64,000 bases of DNA, taken from Dictyostelium discoideum (lineage: Eukaryota). Within the stretch, counting starts at the first letter, position 1, and the number at the start of each line of letters is the position of its first letter. Both the position numbers and the translations under genes were made by a program. This document shows, in pieces, positions 58,808 to 64,000 of this stretch. The stretch is taken from assembly GCA_000004695.1 (NCBI GenBank), contig CM000153.2, positions 384,001 to 448,000 on the forward strand. Direction: 5' to 3'. The notes beneath the pieces were generated by a model. The model ran no database searches and was not told the DNA's origin. It saw only the letters and a list, made by a program, of their open reading frames with translations.

Positions 58808-59794
58808 ATGATTAGTGGTCTTTGTAAATCATTCCAAAAAATTTCAATCCAAAGAGTATGATTATTTAAAAACCGTATTGAAAAAAAAAAAAAAAAAATA
58901 TTATCAATTTATCATTTTCTAACACACCATTATACAATAATTTAAATATATTTATTTTACTTTATTATTAATATATAGGGATTCGAATTTTCAAATTCAT
59001 TAAAATATACAACCACAACAACAACAACAACAGTACAAAAAAAAACAGCAGCACAATTATTTGCAGATAAAACTATTGAAGTTCCAGTTTTAAATTTTAA
59101 TGATAAATTGAGCCCAATAGAAAATATTCAATTATCAAAAGATGTATTTTCAGTACCATTAAGAGTTGATTTATTACATAGAATGGTTAGATATCAAAGA
59201 GCAAAGTCTCAACAAGGTACACATCAAGCACTTAATATGGGTAGAATGGAGAGAACAAATAAAAAACCAACCCGTCAAAAGGGTTCTGGTAATGCAAGAA
59301 AAGGTACTAATCATTCAGTTCACTTTAGAGGTGGTGCTAGAACGTTTGCACCAACTATGCGTTCACATGCTCATGATCTTCCAAGAAAGGTATGTTTTTT
59401 TATTTTTTTTATTTTTTATTTATTTTTTTATTTATTTTTTTTCGTTATTAATTATTTATTTTTTTATTTTAAATAGGTTAGAAAATTATGTTTAAAAGTT
59501 GCACTTTCAACTAAATTAGCACAAAATAAATTAGTTGTTGTTGATGGATTTAATTTAGAATCACATAAAACCAAAGAATTACTTTCAAAATTACCAAAAG
59601 ATTGGGGTCGTACATTATTAGTTGATAGCGAGATTTCAGATTTTTTAAACAAATCAAGTTTAAATGTTCAAAAAATTGATACATTACCACAACTTGGTTT
59701 AAATGTATATACAATCCTTCAAAATGATACTTTAGTTTTAACAAAATCTTCTGTTGAAGCTTTACAAGCAAGATTAACTGAATCCGATAATTAA
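58808..59794 (+). CDS. mrpl4: Mitochondrial ribosomal protein uL4m (L4). Three exons: 58808..58855, 58979..59389, 59477..59794; about 258 aa.
   Basis: Exon 1 reads MISGLCKSFQKISIQR, then a GTATGA donor. Exon 2 reads GFEFSNSLKY...LSKDVFSVPLRVDLLHRMVRYQRAKSQQGTHQALNMGRMERTNKKPTRQKGSGNARKGTNHSVHFRGGARTFAPTMRSHAHDLPRK, then GTATGT (uL4 signature). Exon 3 reads VRKLCLKVALSTKLAQNKLVVVD... up to a TAA at 59792. Confidence 0.8.
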
Positions 59795-59931
59795 AAATAT
59801 ATATAAAATAAAAAAAAATAAATTAAAATTAAAAAAAAAAAAATTAGTACTTTTTTAATGTGAACTTGATTGGTTTTTTCATTTGTTTTTCCATATTTTT
59901 TTTTTTTTTTTTAGTTTTATTTTGGATATTA

Positions 59932-61571
59932 TTACCAATTTAAGAATATTAATATAATGAAAATTAAAAATAAAATTAATTGTTGTGGAATTAATAATTT
60001 AAAAGAGGTTGCAACGAATATAATGTATGGGTCATGATTTTCGTCATAAATCGGGAACGATAATTCTACTCTTGAAGATTTCTCATTAACCAATGAAGCC
60101 ATAACGCCAATAAATACTGAATTATAATCTATTGCTGGTTCATTCATTTTATAATTATTTCTATCTTCATAATAGGTATCTTTTAAATCAATTGGACCAG
60201 GTAATAATGCTCCCAAAATTGGATATTGATTATTAATAGGATTGAATTTATCAAAATTAATTGGATTATGAGATGGACGATGATGAATATTTATTGGAAG
60301 TTTTGAATTTTTAAATCCAAATTGAGAAACATATGAATAATGGTTACTATTATTTCCAAGAATAATTTCCATTTGTTTTTTTGAATAATTTATATTTAAT
60401 GTTGATTTTTTATTATTTTTTCCAAATTGATTCTAATAAACAACCACCTAAACTATATCTATTATTACCCCATTGATCAATAAAAAATAAACCATCATTG
60501 GTTTTTGGTACTTTGGTATTCCAATAATTAATTATTAAATTTGAAACATTAATATTTTCATTTAAATTCTTTTCGATGAATATACAAGCTGCTGGTAATT
60601 TATTTGCCCATGAATAAACAACATCCCATAGATTAATGTTTGATTTAAATTTATTACATTTATCTTGATAGTAGGGTTTATATTGATTAATATTTAATGG
60701 GTCAATAAAAGATAACCATGCTGATGCCCATACTATTTCATCTTGGTAACCGTCATTTGAATTATACATTTCAACATATGATGGAACACCTTGATGAGTA
60801 ATACCAAAATTCCATAATGATAATGCATGTTTCTTACATAATTTTGAATAATCAGAATCAATTGATTCAAAAACTTTTGAAGTTGAAGACATTGTTGCAG
60901 ACATTTCTAAAACAATGTCACTACTTGGATTATTCACATCAATGATTTGTTTTGAACAATCTCTTTTAATTGGTTGACCATTTTGGTCAATATATATTTC
61001 ATATGTTCTTTCCCATTTTGAATGATCAGCTTCAATTCCACATTGTCTATAAACTACATTTGGTTCTGGATGAGCTGCAATTAACCAATCAACACCAGTT
61101 TTTAAAGCTGATAAATACGCCTCAAGTAAACCACATTTGTCAATATTTGATTTAAATTCTAATAATGACCAAGATAAAGTTGTCATTGAAAATGATAATG
61201 GGTTTGAAATCTTTTGAAAATATATAATAAAATTAAATTAATAAATTATTAATATAAAAAAAATTATATTTGTTTAAAATAATTACCTTTAAATAATCAC
61301 CAGCATCAAAATAACCTCTTGATAGAAAACCAAAACCATGGTTATTTAAATCACCATTCATATAGGTATCAAATTTAGTTGAACTATTAATTTGCCAAGG
61401 AAACTCGGAAAATGGATCATTAATACCTGCTCTTTGTGCTTTGAAAAATAACAAACCTGCTTTCAAACCTTCACAGTAGTTAAAGTCATCATCAACAGGA
61501 ACAGAATAAATTAAATAAATATTAATAAAAAATATTATAGTAAATAAAAATAATAGTTTATTAAAAAACAT
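59932..61571 (-). CDS. Glycoside hydrolase family 9 endoglucanase (cellulase). Exon 1 is 61287..61571; exon 2 runs from about 61210 down, but an apparent 1-nt frameshift in an A6 run near 60395 splits it into ORFs 60413..61186 and 59932..60372.
   Basis: Signal peptide, then NYCEGLKAGLLFFKAQRAGINDP...RGYFDAGDYLK (GH9 N-terminal motif), a GTAATT donor, and an acceptor ...ttttcaaaag. This is followed by ISNPLSFSMTTLSWSLLEF, ...WGNNRYSLGG, and then in another frame QMEIILGNN.NHYSYV...NIHHRPSH...LGALLPGPIDLKDTYYEDRNNYKMNEPAIDYNSVF (GH9 C-terminal catalytic motifs). The C-terminus is a hydrophobic tail. Confidence 0.7.
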
Positions 61572-62639
61572 GATTTTAAATTGATTATATTTTTTTTGAT
61601 TATTTTTTTTTTTTTTATATTAAAATTACAATATTTATAAATTATTTTTTATTATACAAAGAATTAAACTTTTGGTAAAAAAGAAAATTAGTTTTTATAC
61701 CTTTTTTTTTTTTTTTTTTCAATAATAATTTAAATCATTTCAAATAAAATTAGTATCAGTTACAAGTTTCTACCAATGTTCAAAATAGGAATTTTTTTTT
61801 TTTTTGATTAATTTTTAAAAATATATAAAAAATAAAATTCAAAGTAAAAACATGTAGATTTAAATTGCAATCCCACTGCTGAGGGTTGGATTAATTTTAA
61901 AAATAGGAACTCTTCATAGTTTTTTTTTTTTTTTATTTTATTTTTTTTTAATAAAAAAAGAAATTTATATCTCTATATATATTCATAAAATAGTTCAAAC
62001 ACCAAAATAGTATTACTTTTTCTTTTACATTCTTTTTTTCAAATCAATTAGTTAATAAAATAATTAAGAAAAAAATGTTTATTTTGGATGTGTAACCACA
62101 CTAAATAGTTGTAAAAATAGAAAACCAAAAAATAATTAAAAATAAAAATAATAAAAAAAGAAATTAATATCTCTTTTAAAAAACACACAAATTTTATTTA
62201 TAAAAGAATTGTCATTTAATTCAAATAAAAAAAAAAAAAAATTTTAAAAAAAAAAAAAACAAATAAATAAACAAAGGTTATTTGGACCATAAATATATTA
62301 TTACTATTATTTTTTTTTTATTTTATTTTTATAAAATATTAAATTTCTTTTTGGTTATAAAATCCCAATAAATTGAATTTTTTAAGTGGACATAATTAAT
62401 TAATATCGGGAAAATTAAAATATTACCAAAAAAAAAAAAAAAATTAATTGGTTTTATTCCATTTATAGAAAACAAATAAATTAAAATTTTTTATTTATTT
62501 ATATATATTTATTTATTTAATTTTATTCCATTTATAGAAACCAAATAAATTAAATTTGTTTATTTATTTATTTATTTATAAATTAATTTATTATTAAAAT
62601 TAATTGATTTTATTATTATTATTATTATTATTATTATAA

Positions 62640-63716
62640 TTAAGTTTTTTTATGAGAAGATGGCCAAGTTGGCATTAATAAAGGATCTCTTGGTTGAGGA
62701 TTTTCAAAGAAATAAGGATGTTTTAATGCATCAGAAGCAGAGATTCTAGCTTCAGGATTTAATTCTAAAAGTTTATTTAATAGATCGAAAGCATTATCGG
62801 TGATATGAGGGAATTTTGATTTTAAGTTATTATAAGGTTGATCTGTAAGATTAAAATATTTAGCCAAAGGTAATTTAAAGAAAGCAGGCCAACTTTTTTC
62901 AGTGGGCGTACCAAATAATTTGAAAATTTTATCCATTTGGTCAATTTCAGAAGAGCCTTGCAACAAGACCTCCTTTGAGATGATCTCTGCGAAAATGCAA
63001 CCAACTGACCAAATATCGATCGCAGGCGTATAGATCTCTGTGTCTAACAAAAGTTCAGGAGCACGATACCAAAGTGTGACGACACCCTTTGATAATGGTT
63101 TAAGGGGTGACCCGTATTCTCTGGCGAGACCAAAGTCTGCAATTTTTAAGACACCCTTGTTTGTGTATAATAGATTGGCAGTTTTCAAATCCCTGTGTAT
63201 CACCCAATTGTCGTGCATGTATGAAACGCCATTTAGCAGTTGCTGTATTAGAGTTTTGATTTCTGATGGGAGGAAGGGCTTTTTGATGACCTCCATCAGG
63301 CCACGGAGGTCATGGTCGATGAATTCCATTGCCATGAAGATACTATTGATGTTTTTGCCCAACACGATCTCTTTGATTTGAACTATATTATCGTGTTTTA
63401 GTTCCATCAACACCTTTATCTCTCTAACACTTGTTATTGGTATACCCTCACGCTCTCTCTCCATTTTAATTTTTTTTAATGCTACAATCTCTTCTGTCTC
63501 TTTATCTTGAGCACAATATACAACACCAAATGCACCTTCATTAATTGTATATAATTTCTTAAAACAATCAACACTCCTACATGCTGAATATGGACTTCTT
63601 AAACTACTAAAATATTGTTTTTCTTTATTTTTAAAATTCTCTTTTAATATTTCTTTATTTTCATTTTCTTTAATATTACAAGTTTCTTTATTTTCATTTT
63701 CTTGAATATTTGACAT
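62640..63716 (-). CDS. cdk10: Cyclin-dependent kinase 10 (CDK10-like, PITSVRE motif), about 358 aa.
   Basis: The ORF-track start at 63722 is TTG; the first ATG is at 63716 (MSNIQ...). [105 protein letters not shown] and [22 protein letters not shown] match human CDK10 almost motif for motif. Confidence 0.85.
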   Translation of the reverse strand: MSNIQENENKETCNIKENENKEILKENFKNKEKQYFSSLRSPYSACRSVDCFKKLYTINEGAFGVVYCAQDKETEEIVALKKIKMEREREGIPITSVREIKVLMELKHDNIVQIKEIVLGKNINSIFMAMEFIDHDLRGLMEVIKKPFLPSEIKTLIQQLLNGVSYMHDNWVIHRDLKTANLLYTNKGVLKIADFGLAREYGSPLKPLSKGVVTLWYRAPELLLDTEIYTPAIDIWSVGCIFAEIISKEVLLQGSSEIDQMDKIFKLFGTPTEKSWPAFFKLPLAKYFNLTDQPYNNLKSKFPHITDNAFDLLNKLLELNPEARISASDALKHPYFFENPQPRDPLLMPTWPSSHKKT

Positions 63717-63892
63717 TTTCAAAAAAAAAAATAATAAAAAAAAAAAAAAAAAAAAAAAAAAATGAAAAAAAAAGTAAAAAAATAAAAATTATAAAAATAA
63801 AAAGCAAATAAAAAAAATAATTATAATTATTATAATAATAATAATTATTATAATTATAATTATTAATTTATTATTATTTTATTTTTTTTTAA

Positions 63893-64000
63893 TAATTGTA
63901 AAAAAGTCACTTAAAAGATTACCAATTAAAATTTTACCATTATGTTCAATTGTGCTTGTAATTGTTGGAAAATCATTAGAGGTTTGGAAATAATTTAAGA
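63893..64000 (-). CDS. Possible 3' end (last 35 codons) of a minus-strand gene that runs past the window end.
   Basis: Reverse-strand frame ...NYFQTSNDFPTITSTIEHNGKILIGNLLSDFFTIIKKK* is open up to a TAA near 63893. No family recognised. Confidence 0.2.

Noticed and set aside
58970-58990. The tRNA-like T-loop string gggattcgaatt.
   Set aside because: No acceptor stem, D-loop or anticodon arm can be built. It lies inside uL4m exon 2 (GFEFSN). No tRNA genes were found anywhere in the window.
60372-60413. An intron between the two GH9 ORFs.
   Set aside because: The gap is only 40 nt, with no GT...AG pair. Dictyostelium introns are rarely under 60 nt. A 1-nt indel in the A-run explains the frame change more simply.

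Overview
This window is Dictyostelium discoideum-type nuclear DNA: extremely AT-rich, with poly-A/T tracts, poly-Q/N/S coding microsatellites and short AT-rich introns with GTAAGT...AG boundaries. The ORF track uses alternative start codons (TTG/GTG are shown as M), so several starts were moved to the first real ATG. I can support about 25 protein-coding genes, several of them multi-exon. The confident calls are: DNA polymerase epsilon catalytic subunit (2 exons), an MFS transporter, a U-box+GNAT fusion protein, a tandem family of B-box/C2H2 zinc-finger paralogs, an FNIP-repeat protein, an isochorismatase-family gene (3 exons), a secreted Cys-rich protein with a Ser-rich tail, ESCRT-II Vps22/SNF8 (3 exons), DNA topoisomerase I, a long Q/N-rich protein, taspase-1, an RGG/DRY-repeat protein (2 exons), an EF-hand mitochondrial carrier of the Aralar type (3 exons), a DOMON+cytochrome b561 protein (2 exons), an SH2-domain protein kinase (7 exons), mitoribosomal proteins mL43 and uL4m arranged head to head, a GH9 cellulase with an apparent frameshift, and CDK10. 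There are no tRNA or rRNA genes, no recognisable transposon ORFs, and one 100-N assembly gap. The most unusual structure is the 14-26 kb paralog cluster, where B-box genes have been duplicated and partly decayed. One B-box gene may be spliced through a 62-nt intron onto the FNIP-repeat array. The 19.8-22.6 kb block looks like a degraded copy of its neighbours (B-box fragment, kinase/FNIP remnant, isochorismatase pseudogene). Exon coordinates were derived by hand and may be off by 1-3 nt.
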